Origin: a virus
Taxonomy: Duplodnaviria > Caudoviricetes
DNA: 64,000 nt
Direction: 5' to 3' (one strand)
IMG/VR virus record: IMGVR_UViG_3300033064_000910
Location: 1 to 64,000 of that record
Numbering within the stretch: position 1 is the first letter of the stretch; every line of letters starts with the position of its first letter. Below, piece after piece: positions 48,652 to 58,042 of the stretch. Below the pieces are notes generated by a model that was given only the letters and a program-made list of their open reading frames with translations, was not told the origin of the DNA and ran no database searches. The translations under genes and the position numbers were made by a program.

Positions 48652-50427
48652 TCAAATTTTACTATCATCTAATAGATTTTTTTCATCAAGCATACCCGCT
48701 TTTTCAATTAAAACTTGTTTTTTTGATGAAATTCCGTTTATATATTCTCTTGCTAGCTTCTTAGCGTTTGTGTTTAGTACTCTATCCTCTCTTTTTCTCT
48801 CTTTCTCATTTTCTTTATTACCTAATGGGTCTCTACCATATGGATGTTTATCTTTACCATAAGTATTACCTTCTCTAGGTCTACCAATTCCTCTGTTTAA
48901 TTCAATCTCAGTTTTTAATTTACTGATTTCTTCTTCCACATTTTGTTGTTCTGGTGGATTTGCTGGGTCTTGTCCTTGCTGTTCAATTGAATTATGTCTG
49001 AAACGGTCTTTAAGGTCTAAAACTACTTTAGCCCTTTCCATATCAATCTCATCTTCGGATAGTCCAAATACATTGTGATAAGCCCAATCGGAAGATAACA
49101 TATTAAGTGCTTTTACGTCAGTTGCTAATCTTACTTTTTCAGACCACAAATTAACCTTCTCTTGCTCATAGATTGTAGATGCGTTGGTTAGAGTTAATTC
49201 AAAATTAGTCATTTCAGAATCATCAATACCTTGAGCTGCTAAATGTACGATTGCTATTTTAGTTAATTCACTAACAACTGTTCTTTGAATTCTTTCGATA
49301 GTTCTAGCAAAACGAACATCTTCCGCCGCCAAAGTAGCTTTACCATTAACGTTCTCATCATATGATAAGTAAGCCTTTGGAACTCTTAATGCTGCAAATA
49401 ATTTATTCTTTAAGTAATCGATATCTTCAATAGCTGCATATTCTAAACCTTGTAGGTTATCAATGGTTGTACCACTATCACTACCACGTACAGGTAAGAA
49501 AAAATCTTCAGTAAGGTTTTGTATGTTGTATTTTAAATTATAATCACCGGTATCTTTATTAACAAATGGAGTTTTCTTCATTTTATTAATAATCTTCTGC
49601 ATATAGTTATCAACTTCTTGCGGTGGGATGTTACCTATATCAATTTTGAACACTCTCTTTTCAGGTGCTCTCATAATACGATGAATTAACATCGCATCTT
49701 CCATAAGGGATAATTGTTTCCAAATTCTCCTAGCTCCCTCTACCATTGATTTACCATATGGGAGAAAGTTTGTATCGGATAACATTCTAAAGTGAGCCAT
49801 TTCATACTGCTCATACTCTTTTTTACCCAAACGGTCCATTTCAACCTTATACTTTACATAATCAGGATTATTAGGGTCAGTACCTTCTAATCTTTCTACA
49901 TTATAGATTGAATGTGGAGCAACATTAATAATACCTTTACCAGGCATAATTTCTAATGCTATAAAAGCATCACCATATTTTACTAAATTTCTAATCCAAG
50001 GCCATAAATTAAATTCTATGTTCATTATATCATAGAATAAATTATGTAACATATCTCTTACATTTTCATTTGTAGATTTGATTTGAAGAACATCACCATA
50101 TTCATTCTTAGTTGTAGATTCATCTGCGTATATATCTAAAGCCGACCCAATGATTGGGTCTGAATCCATTGCATCGTAATCTCTAAAAAGTTCTCTACGA
50201 ACCTGATGATATGCCATTGACTGTGCTCCCGCATTACTATCGTAATAAGAGCGTTGTAATTTTGTATATCTATCTTTAAGATTTACAAAGTTTGTGCTTT
50301 GTTGGCGTTCTTCGGTATCAACAACCGTACGCTTACCATCTTTATCAACGGTTACAATTGCGTTTGTTGAAAATAATTTCTTTAACCTACCAAAAAAACT
50401 TCTATCATCCAATTCTTGTTCTGCCAT
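48652..50427 (-). CDS. gp20: Portal protein, T4 gp20-like
   Basis: WKQLSLMEDAMLIHRIMRAPEKRVFKIDIGNIP; EDFFLPVRG; IEDIDYLKNKLFAALRVP. Confidence 0.96.
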   Translation of the reverse strand: MAEQELDDRSFFGRLKKLFSTNAIVTVDKDGKRTVVDTEERQQSTNFVNLKDRYTKLQRSYYDSNAGAQSMAYHQVRRELFRDYDAMDSDPIIGSALDIYADESTTKNEYGDVLQIKSTNENVRDMLHNLFYDIMNIEFNLWPWIRNLVKYGDAFIALEIMPGKGIINVAPHSIYNVERLEGTDPNNPDYVKYKVEMDRLGKKEYEQYEMAHFRMLSDTNFLPYGKSMVEGARRIWKQLSLMEDAMLIHRIMRAPEKRVFKIDIGNIPPQEVDNYMQKIINKMKKTPFVNKDTGDYNLKYNIQNLTEDFFLPVRGSDSGTTIDNLQGLEYAAIEDIDYLKNKLFAALRVPKAYLSYDENVNGKATLAAEDVRFARTIERIQRTVVSELTKIAIVHLAAQGIDDSEMTNFELTLTNASTIYEQEKVNLWSEKVRLATDVKALNMLSSDWAYHNVFGLSEDEIDMERAKVVLDLKDRFRHNSIEQQGQDPANPPEQQNVEEEISKLKTEIELNRGIGRPREGNTYGKDKHPYGRDPLGNKENEKERKREDRVLNTNAKKLAREYINGISSKKQVLIEKAGMLDEKNLLDDSKI

Positions 50428-50435
50428 AATTTATT

Positions 50436-50873
50436 TTACCATTTACGGCAACTCCAATAGTTTGCCTTTGTTCTTGGACCCGGATTATCACAATTCATTC
50501 TTGCTCTAAATGATTTTCTAGCAGCAGGATTATCTTTTTTAATTACCATTCCTTTTTGTCCGAAGTTTACTTTAATGATTTTACCAGTCTTAGGATTCTT
50601 TACATATACCTTAAACTTTTTAACATCACCTTGAGTTGGTTTACCTAACTTCACTTCTCTACCCTGATATTCTGCTTCATATACACAATTACAATTTGCT
50701 TCTTCTAATTGAGTTGAATATCCTTTTAAGAAATTTATAAAATCATCCATATCTTCTTGCTCAACATCCAATTCATCATAATCATCAATTGGATTGTCTT
50801 GTGGTGTATCCCCCAAAGAATATGCGTTATCTACATATTCATCTTCGTTTAAGATATTTTTAAGTCTAATCAT
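50436..50873 (-). CDS. Basic head-associated protein (DUF6321-like C-terminal domain)
   Basis: KKFKVYVKNPKTGKIIKVNFG...ARKSFRARMNCD...KANYWSCRKW; N-terminal MIRLKNILNE. Confidence 0.55.
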   Translation of the reverse strand: MIRLKNILNEDEYVDNAYSLGDTPQDNPIDDYDELDVEQEDMDDFINFLKGYSTQLEEANCNCVYEAEYQGREVKLGKPTQGDVKKFKVYVKNPKTGKIIKVNFGQKGMVIKKDNPAARKSFRARMNCDNPGPRTKANYWSCRKW

Positions 50874-50935
50874 TTTAGTTTACTTTATTTTGACATATAC
50901 CATAAATATCGTAAATTGTCAAAACACTACATTTT

Positions 50936-52531
50936 TTACAACCACTGTGTTAGGTCTTCAATATCATCTCCAATTTTCATTTTCCAAGGGTTATCAACCA
51001 TTTCGTTTCCTCCATATACTCCTTCGTATTGTTGATTAGAACTTATACCACCTAAAGCTCTTTTAGTAAGGTCTATTCCTTCCTGTCTTAAACGAAGTGC
51101 AGTATCTCTAACCCACAACCCAATACACAATGCCATAACCAAATCATCATTATAACTTTTCATAGCTTCCGCTCTACCATTTATAAATATAAAAGTAAAT
51201 AACTCATCTATTAAACGATTGGAACGAATGGTTACTGATTTCTCTCTAAAATACTCATCCAATTTAGAAATAATAAGTGGACGGGTTTTAGAGGTTGTTG
51301 AAAATCCAGCTACCATTTGTCTTTCATCCGCTCGATATTTGTTTCTCATTTGATTTTCTACATCCACATACTTTAAATCCTTACTCATATAGAATAGATT
51401 TTTGTATGCTCTATCAATTACCTGTTGAATACACGCCCAACCAATGTTTGCATTCTCTATTACAAGAAGTGCATCATTATATTGTGTAGATAATTCAACT
51501 AAGAAGTTTCCAAAATCTTTTGTATCAACCTTACCTTTATATTCCGCAACCTGTGTACACGTGTTTATTTCTATAACATGAGCTGCGGAATAATCCGAGC
51601 CATCTCCTCTTGCTACGTCCGCAATAACCATATAAGAACCACCTACGGTTGGGTATTCCCATCTCCATAAGTTACCATCAAATCCAGTTTTTTCTAATGG
51701 CTCTTTACAAAATGATTCTTTATAAAACATCAATAGCTCCGGCTCAATTACGGTATCACCAGATGAAACAAAGTCACAATCACATTCTTGTGCTGCTTTC
51801 TTTATTCCTAATAGTTTCTCCTGCTCAGCCCTCCAAGCCTCACCTCTTTCAGGATGTAAGCTCCAATGTAATTTAATTGTATTGAATGGGCTACTACCTT
51901 CTTCAGCACTTAACCAAGTTTTATGAAACCAATTACCCACGCCATTTGGAGTAGAAAGTGCTATACAAGCTCCACCCGTTGATAGTGTTGATTGTGCCGC
52001 TACCCAAATCTCATCGATATCATCAATGAAAGCTGCTTCATCAAATATTAAAAGTGATAAGGCTTCAGAACGTCCTGCATCAGCAGAAGATGCAATAGCC
52101 TTAATTTGAGAACCGTTATGCAAACGAAGGGAAAGTTTATTATCTTCCAAAGAACCGCCTTTTAACCAACCTGGAAGTAATTCATGCATTACTCTAACCT
52201 TTGTTACTAAGTTCTTTGCAACATCTTGCTTTGTTGCAATAACCAATACGTTAAAATCAGAATTAAATATCATTTTCCAAAGTGCGTATCCAGCCGATAA
52301 AGTTGAGATACCAGTTTGTCGTGATTTAAGTACTATATTAAATCGGTTATCTTTAAATTGAGTTAGTGTTTTTTCCTGAAATGGAAATAAGTGAAATGGT
52401 ATCTTACCTCTAACCGGATGTTGAATCATGCAATACTTCTTCATAAAGTGAATCGGGTCTACCGCGCACTTTTTGTATTCTTCTGCTACTATCTCTTTTA
52501 GAGTTTTCTTTTGTGTTATACCAGTACTCAT
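50936..52531 (-). CDS. gp17: Terminase large subunit, T4 gp17-like
   Basis: IVLKSRQTGIST (Walker A), LLIFDEAAF (Walker B), IADVARGDGSDYSA and DDLVMA (RNase H-like nuclease). Confidence 0.96.
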   Translation of the reverse strand: MSTGITQKKTLKEIVAEEYKKCAVDPIHFMKKYCMIQHPVRGKIPFHLFPFQEKTLTQFKDNRFNIVLKSRQTGISTLSAGYALWKMIFNSDFNVLVIATKQDVAKNLVTKVRVMHELLPGWLKGGSLEDNKLSLRLHNGSQIKAIASSADAGRSEALSLLIFDEAAFIDDIDEIWVAAQSTLSTGGACIALSTPNGVGNWFHKTWLSAEEGSSPFNTIKLHWSLHPERGEAWRAEQEKLLGIKKAAQECDCDFVSSGDTVIEPELLMFYKESFCKEPLEKTGFDGNLWRWEYPTVGGSYMVIADVARGDGSDYSAAHVIEINTCTQVAEYKGKVDTKDFGNFLVELSTQYNDALLVIENANIGWACIQQVIDRAYKNLFYMSKDLKYVDVENQMRNKYRADERQMVAGFSTTSKTRPLIISKLDEYFREKSVTIRSNRLIDELFTFIFINGRAEAMKSYNDDLVMALCIGLWVRDTALRLRQEGIDLTKRALGGISSNQQYEGVYGGNEMVDNPWKMKIGDDIEDLTQWL

Positions 52532-52532
52532 A

Positions 52533-53216
52533 TTAATCGTTAAGTGGTCTTACTAAATCGTAATTTTTATCTTTTAATTTTTCGTAAGCCTCATTTCTTA
52601 ATTTAGTAGCTTGTTCAATCTCACCTTCAAATTTAACAATATCTAAAAGTATTTCTGCTTTTAATTCATTAACATCTCTTTCCATACTCCATTTTTCAAT
52701 TGTGCCATCTTCTTGAACTACTTCGTATGTTTGTTTAGCATCGTTATATGCTTGCTTAAATTGTGCTACCACATCATTACCATATGCAATCATATTAGAA
52801 TATATTTTATAATCTTCATATTCTTTCCACAATCCATCATATTTTATCTGAGCTTCTCTCAATGTAAGACAATGTAAACAATATCCAGTTTTAGATATTA
52901 ATTTTTTATCAACTCTACCTATTTTGATTGTTTTACAATTATCCGATTTACAACTATTCAACTTATCTAAGTAAGCTCTTGTTTCGGCCATTATATCACC
53001 AAGTTCCGAAAATTCTATTCTACCACCTTCAGATTGTTCCCAAGACCTACCATTTTCATCAGTCCATTTTTCACCAACCTTATGTTTTATAATTTTTTTA
53101 TCTGCACCAGAAAATGAAATAAATGAGTCCTTTTCATATTCAGCCCCATGCATTACCATATCAACCAACTTCCTACGAGTTGGATGCATAAACTTTTTCT
53201 TGAATTCTCTTGCCAT
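52533..53216 (-). CDS. Hypothetical protein (227 aa) with a possible Zn-binding Cys cluster
   Basis: CKSDNC...CLHC; immediately upstream of terminase. Confidence 0.6.
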   Translation of the reverse strand: MAREFKKKFMHPTRRKLVDMVMHGAEYEKDSFISFSGADKKIIKHKVGEKWTDENGRSWEQSEGGRIEFSELGDIMAETRAYLDKLNSCKSDNCKTIKIGRVDKKLISKTGYCLHCLTLREAQIKYDGLWKEYEDYKIYSNMIAYGNDVVAQFKQAYNDAKQTYEVVQEDGTIEKWSMERDVNELKAEILLDIVKFEGEIEQATKLRNEAYEKLKDKNYDLVRPLND

Positions 53217-53271
53217 ATTAGGTTTGATATATTTGTATATATAAGTATATCAAAATTCGAAAAACAATTAA

Positions 53272-56037
53272 TTATCTTGAAAATTTAAAAATACCAAGTA
53301 TTTGATTAAGAGGTGCAAATGCTCCGGTTAATTTGTATGTATTACCATTATACACAAAAACTAACCCCTCATTAGGAACAATTTTATCAAATCCCCCCAA
53401 AGAATTTAATCTTTGTAATTCTATTTTTAACTTATCTAATTGAGATGCAGTACCAGTTGCTTTTAATGATTTAATAGCACTACCCAATTCAGCTCTCATC
53501 TTTTTAGTTGCATCTGATGGGTTTGCTGTAAGTACCGATTGCGCAAATGCTAATACATCTGCACCAACACCTAAGAATATCTCCTCAAATTTCATTATGT
53601 TTTCCTTTGATATCTTAGCTTGGTCTTTTTTATCCATATTATCAGCCCATGCTTTTATTTTAGCATCTTGTATTGTAGCGATACGAAATCCCTTATCACC
53701 AAACGCCCATCGTTTAACTAATCCTATTTTTTGTTGTGCATCTAAACCCTTTGCATTTTTATTTACCAAATCGGTCCAATATGCTTGATGGTAATCAGCA
53801 ACACCCGCTGAATCTGATAATTTATATTCCGATTGTAATTTATTTATCATTGAAATATATTTACCTTGCTTTTTAGTCAATTCTTCGGATTTTGGCAATG
53901 ATAACATTGGTGGTCCTTGTATTGTGTATGTCGATTGTACATGCTTATTAACCTGCTTAATCATTCCAGCCAATATACTTGCAGCTTGTTGGTTTTCACC
54001 AATTACCTCACCACTTTCATCATATTCAAATGTACCATGAAATACTAAAAGATTTTGGCCATATGGGATTACGTTTGCATTCTTAGGATATATTACTTCC
54101 AAATTCATAAAACATGCACCATCTTTAAATATCTTTTTCTTTTGTGGTTCGGATAATGCAGATACTGCTGCAGACAAATCTTTCATTGCAAATGTATATG
54201 CATCGGTTAATGCACCCCTATTAGCAAAGTTAGTAGCTACTTGCCCTATTGTCATAGCACCCTCACCTTTGTTCTTTAAATGTGATTTATTTCTAGCTGC
54301 AACCAATCTACCATTTACCCAACTAATTGCCAATGCTTGCCCATCAGTCTTTTCTCTTGCTAATTCTAAATCACCATTCAATGCTCTTACCACAATTTGC
54401 TTTAAATCACCAAATGTAAGATTCATTTCAATATCAAACGGATGGTTCATATGTCCATAAGCCCCACCTTCTAATAATAATGATTCGTTTACTGATTCTT
54501 TCTTCAAACTTCTTTTTTGTTGAATCAATTGTTGTATTTCTGAAAATAAATCTGCAATTTCTTTATTTAATTTCTTTTCATCTGTACTCATTGGGGATTC
54601 TATATCAACATTAGAATAAAGTTTTTTCTTTTTTGCAATTAAAATATCTGCTTTTTTAAGTAAATCATTTTTTACCTTATCTAAATCTTTTATAATTTCC
54701 GATGAAGTTGCTTCTTTTACCGGAGTGTATTCATCACTATCATCACCATCTAATTTAGATTTTAATTTCTTAACATCTTTAGTATCAGGTGCTCCATTGA
54801 TATATCCACCTGGTAAACTTAAACCTACACCAGCTCCACCACCTAATCCCATCTCATCTAATAGGTTATCAAAATCCTCAACTATTTCTTTAATATCTTC
54901 TTTTGAAATTATTGTATCTTTTTGATTTTCAGGAAGTTCCCAAAATCTTTTAGGTTTTTTTACTGTTTTTTTAGGTTTTACTTCTTTCCAATCTTCTACC
55001 TTAAAAGGGTCATCTGCTGGATTTAATGTACTTTTTTCTACATTATTTATTTTGTAATACGATTTTCTAAATTGAGTTTCAGTATCTTTTGTCTTACCAA
55101 CTCCTCTCATATTATCCGCTTTGGGTTTATCTAATTGAATGTATCCACCTTGCTTATACCAATTTTCAGGCTTTTCTTTATTTAATATTCGTTTTTGTCT
55201 ATCTGCTACAAATGATGTATCAGGTTCATCCGCTCCACTAAATCCACTATTAGATGCAGCTTCTTTTAATTCTTCTTTTTTAGGAATTCTAAATGTTGCT
55301 ACCTTCTTACCATTAATTGTTGGCATTCCCCAATCATCTGTACCTATTGTTTTTACTACTACTTTTTTGTTTTTGAATCTTCCCATTAGAATAGTATCTC
55401 CAATTTTGACATTTATTTTAATTTCCTCATTAATACATTCTTTTAAACTCTTTAACTTAAGAGTGATTAATTTGAATATTTGAGAATCAAATTTAGGATA
55501 TGCTTTTGTAAAATTCTTTTTTCTTTCTTCCTCACTACCAGCACTTAACCAATAACGAACATCAGTACCACTAATAGGATTTGCTGTTGCGGGTGAAGCG
55601 TACACATATCCTTTATCTAAATACCCTTGCTCTACTTTACCTTTATATGGAGTGAAGTATTTACCACTTAATCGGTTTTGGTCCTTTTCACCAACTACAA
55701 CAATTAAACCAGTTGTATCAGAATCATACTTATTTAGTATTTCTTCGGGTCTATATGGATTTTTGACATTAACAATTTTAGATGATGGTATCCCAAACAT
55801 CTGCATCATTATTGCTTTCTTTTCCTTAAAATTAAATGGAGATTTCTTTGAATCGGTAACATTAGAAGTTCCGATATATACGCTATCCTTTCCGAATTTG
55901 CGTATTAAATTTTCATAAGTTGCGTAATGGCCCTTATGAAATGGTTGAAAGCGGCCAGAATAGACAACAACTACTTTGTCCATTTCAGCCGCTTCATCCA
56001 ATATTGTTTCTACTAAAAATTTTGCTAATCCTTTCAT
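53272..56037 (-). CDS. Fusion of a HIGH-motif nucleotidyltransferase and a KxDG ligase-like nucleotidyltransferase (921 aa)
   Basis: N-terminal YSGRFQPFHKGH (HxGH). C-terminal domain has EKTDG (motif I), NLEVI (III), EGLVF (IV) and YKL (V). ESVNE/LKE-type junctions in between. Confidence 0.7.
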   Translation of the reverse strand: MKGLAKFLVETILDEAAEMDKVVVVYSGRFQPFHKGHYATYENLIRKFGKDSVYIGTSNVTDSKKSPFNFKEKKAIMMQMFGIPSSKIVNVKNPYRPEEILNKYDSDTTGLIVVVGEKDQNRLSGKYFTPYKGKVEQGYLDKGYVYASPATANPISGTDVRYWLSAGSEEERKKNFTKAYPKFDSQIFKLITLKLKSLKECINEEIKINVKIGDTILMGRFKNKKVVVKTIGTDDWGMPTINGKKVATFRIPKKEELKEAASNSGFSGADEPDTSFVADRQKRILNKEKPENWYKQGGYIQLDKPKADNMRGVGKTKDTETQFRKSYYKINNVEKSTLNPADDPFKVEDWKEVKPKKTVKKPKRFWELPENQKDTIISKEDIKEIVEDFDNLLDEMGLGGGAGVGLSLPGGYINGAPDTKDVKKLKSKLDGDDSDEYTPVKEATSSEIIKDLDKVKNDLLKKADILIAKKKKLYSNVDIESPMSTDEKKLNKEIADLFSEIQQLIQQKRSLKKESVNESLLLEGGAYGHMNHPFDIEMNLTFGDLKQIVVRALNGDLELAREKTDGQALAISWVNGRLVAARNKSHLKNKGEGAMTIGQVATNFANRGALTDAYTFAMKDLSAAVSALSEPQKKKIFKDGACFMNLEVIYPKNANVIPYGQNLLVFHGTFEYDESGEVIGENQQAASILAGMIKQVNKHVQSTYTIQGPPMLSLPKSEELTKKQGKYISMINKLQSEYKLSDSAGVADYHQAYWTDLVNKNAKGLDAQQKIGLVKRWAFGDKGFRIATIQDAKIKAWADNMDKKDQAKISKENIMKFEEIFLGVGADVLAFAQSVLTANPSDATKKMRAELGSAIKSLKATGTASQLDKLKIELQRLNSLGGFDKIVPNEGLVFVYNGNTYKLTGAFAPLNQILGIFKFSR

Positions 56038-56067
56038 ATAGTTATCTTACTATATAAATATTGGATA

Positions 56068-56469
56068 TTATTCTTTTACAACTTTCATACCAGAACTAGC
56101 CGGTTGTTGAGCTTGTTGTCTTTGCTGTTCAGCTTGTTGTTTTCTAGTAGGTGCTCCAGGTTGGTATTGAATTGTACCATCCTGTATATTAACTCTACCT
56201 TGAGGATATTGCTCATCTAAAGCATCGAGTATATCTCTTAATTCTTTATTAGTAGCTGCTAATTCTTCTTGTCCTTGTACTAAAAATTCATCCATAGAGA
56301 TTATATCTAATTCAATTTCTTTTTTCCTAACATAGATTTTTCCAAATTCTTGAATAATCGATGCCGCTTTATCGTTTAGCTCGGTGATGCTTTTTAATAC
56401 ACCTTCATCTAATTTTACCGATTCAATCTCAATTGATTGTTTTTGTGGGATTTTATCTAATTCTGCCAT
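56068..56469 (-). CDS. Small coiled-coil protein (133 aa), paralog of 60265..60516
   Basis: LDALDEQYPQGRVNIQDGTIQY vs LADLNQKYPNGEINLVEGNVTF; Gln-rich tail. Confidence 0.7.
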   Translation of the reverse strand: MAELDKIPQKQSIEIESVKLDEGVLKSITELNDKAASIIQEFGKIYVRKKEIELDIISMDEFLVQGQEELAATNKELRDILDALDEQYPQGRVNIQDGTIQYQPGAPTRKQQAEQQRQQAQQPASSGMKVVKE

Positions 56470-56504
56470 AAGTTTTTGTTTTTGTTTTTATATATATAAG
56501 TATA

Positions 56505-56894
56505 TTACTTTTTATTTTTTAATATATTAGTTGTACTAAATCCTTCTATTTTTTCAAAAAATTCAATACTAGGTACATTCTCCAATCCTATTATTTCTTT
56601 ATATTTGTATTCACCACCAATAACCATTATATCCGTATCCCATTCTTTTATACAATTACGAAGTTCATCATCTGTATCAAACGATACAACTGAATTAACA
56701 CCAGCAATAGCAGATAAGAATTCCATACGGTCATCTAATTTATTAAAAGGTCTTTCTATTCCTTTCTTTGAACGAACTCTTTCATCAGTATCGATACCCA
56801 CTCTTAATACACCCAAAGATGCTGCGTGTAATATAAGTCTAATATGTCCAATGTGTAACACATCAAATGTTCCATTTACCCAAATCTTTTTCAT
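56505..56894 (-). CDS. rfaE: HldE/RfaE domain II-like adenylyltransferase (heptose-1-phosphate to ADP-heptose)
   Basis: WVNGTFDVLHIGHI...VGIDTDERVRSKKGIERPFNKLDDRMEFLSAI..V..V..F...DIMVIGGEY follows the RfaE domain II pattern (NGCFD.LH.GH...G..SD......KG..RP.....R...L). Confidence 0.75.
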   Translation of the reverse strand: MKKIWVNGTFDVLHIGHIRLILHAASLGVLRVGIDTDERVRSKKGIERPFNKLDDRMEFLSAIAGVNSVVSFDTDDELRNCIKEWDTDIMVIGGEYKYKEIIGLENVPSIEFFEKIEGFSTTNILKNKK

Positions 56895-58042
56895 TACAAA
56901 AATTTTTCTAATTCTTTTATTACCGTTTCAGATGTTATCAATTTTGTACATTCAAATTGTCTTTCAGTACCTTTGTGGTCTGGACACCAATTCCAATCAG
57001 ATGGGTCTAATCTCACTCTATTAAAACAACCTTCACATTTTCCTTTTGGTGCAGCAATTCTTACACAATCTTCCATTTCTGCCCAATCGTATGAGAATCC
57101 ACTTATTAAAACAGTTGGTACATTTAAACTCCAACTTAACCAACTTAATCCACTACCTATACCAATAAATGCTTTTGATTTTAACATTTCATCCATAACT
57201 AATTCCAAAGGACCGTGTGGATGTTGAACTACTCCTTTTGGTAATTTGTTTCCCATATAATCATCCCCTTCCTTTGAAAGTAATTTTACCGTATATCCTT
57301 TGTTATTTAACCAATCAACAACAGTCTGCCATCCTGTTGGATTATTCCAAAATTTGGATTGTGCTGTACCAAATACACCGATACAAACTTGTTTAAGTGA
57401 TGGGTCTATTTGTAAGTTTCTTTTTTTAATTTTAGGTTTTACTTCTACAAAATCTAATCCCAATATATCAGAACACATTTTTTGCATTGTTTGTGCTTTT
57501 GGGTCTATTGGATTTTTATAAAGATTAATTCTACTATCATCGTTATAAAACAATCCAATTTTATACATTGCATATAGTCCTTCTACATTTGTTCCTGGCT
57601 CCACAAATGATATTTCAGGATATTGGTCTATAAACATATGATTCATAAATGTTGAAGTTATTACCTTACAATTATGTTTTTTTCTAAATTCATCTACATA
57701 TGCAAACCAAGCCAATGAATCTCCTAATGCCTTTGAATCTATTGCTATATATACACGTTTATCCTTTGCATCGTAAAGATATTCATACCACAATTTTCCA
57801 TTTTCATAAATTTTTATATTCCACTCTACAAAATATTCTATACTACATTTACACCAACAATTATTTTTTATTGTAGTTGAATAATAAATTTTTCCACTTT
57901 TGTTATCTATAAATTCAACGGTATAATCAGAACTTATATTTCCCTGTACTTCCACATATGGACCATTGACAAAATAAATTATTACTTTATTTTTTACTTC
58001 AACTATATTGTTTTTATTTTTCTTTAAATTATCGTATATCAT
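56894..58042 (-). CDS. Aah/TibC-type (autotransporter strand-loop-strand) O-heptosyltransferase
   Basis: KDKRVYIAIDSKALGDSLAWFAYVDEF (LGD catalytic-base motif); FIGIGSGLSWLSW; LISGFS; four-Cys iron finger CEGC...WCPDHKGTERQFEC. ATG at 58042 overlaps the upstream TAA. Confidence 0.85.
   Translation of the reverse strand: MIYDNLKKNKNNIVEVKNKVIIYFVNGPYVEVQGNISSDYTVEFIDNKSGKIYYSTTIKNNCWCKCSIEYFVEWNIKIYENGKLWYEYLYDAKDKRVYIAIDSKALGDSLAWFAYVDEFRKKHNCKVITSTFMNHMFIDQYPEISFVEPGTNVEGLYAMYKIGLFYNDDSRINLYKNPIDPKAQTMQKMCSDILGLDFVEVKPKIKKRNLQIDPSLKQVCIGVFGTAQSKFWNNPTGWQTVVDWLNNKGYTVKLLSKEGDDYMGNKLPKGVVQHPHGPLELVMDEMLKSKAFIGIGSGLSWLSWSLNVPTVLISGFSYDWAEMEDCVRIAAPKGKCEGCFNRVRLDPSDWNWCPDHKGTERQFECTKLITSETVIKELEKFL

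Noticed and set aside
50936-52531. Intein or intron in terminase, portal or capsid genes
   Set aside because: Lengths and motif spacing are normal; no Hint or homing-endonuclease insertion visible.
52533-53216. Calling the gene upstream of terminase the small terminase subunit
   Set aside because: Position fits, but no recognisable gp16-like motif.
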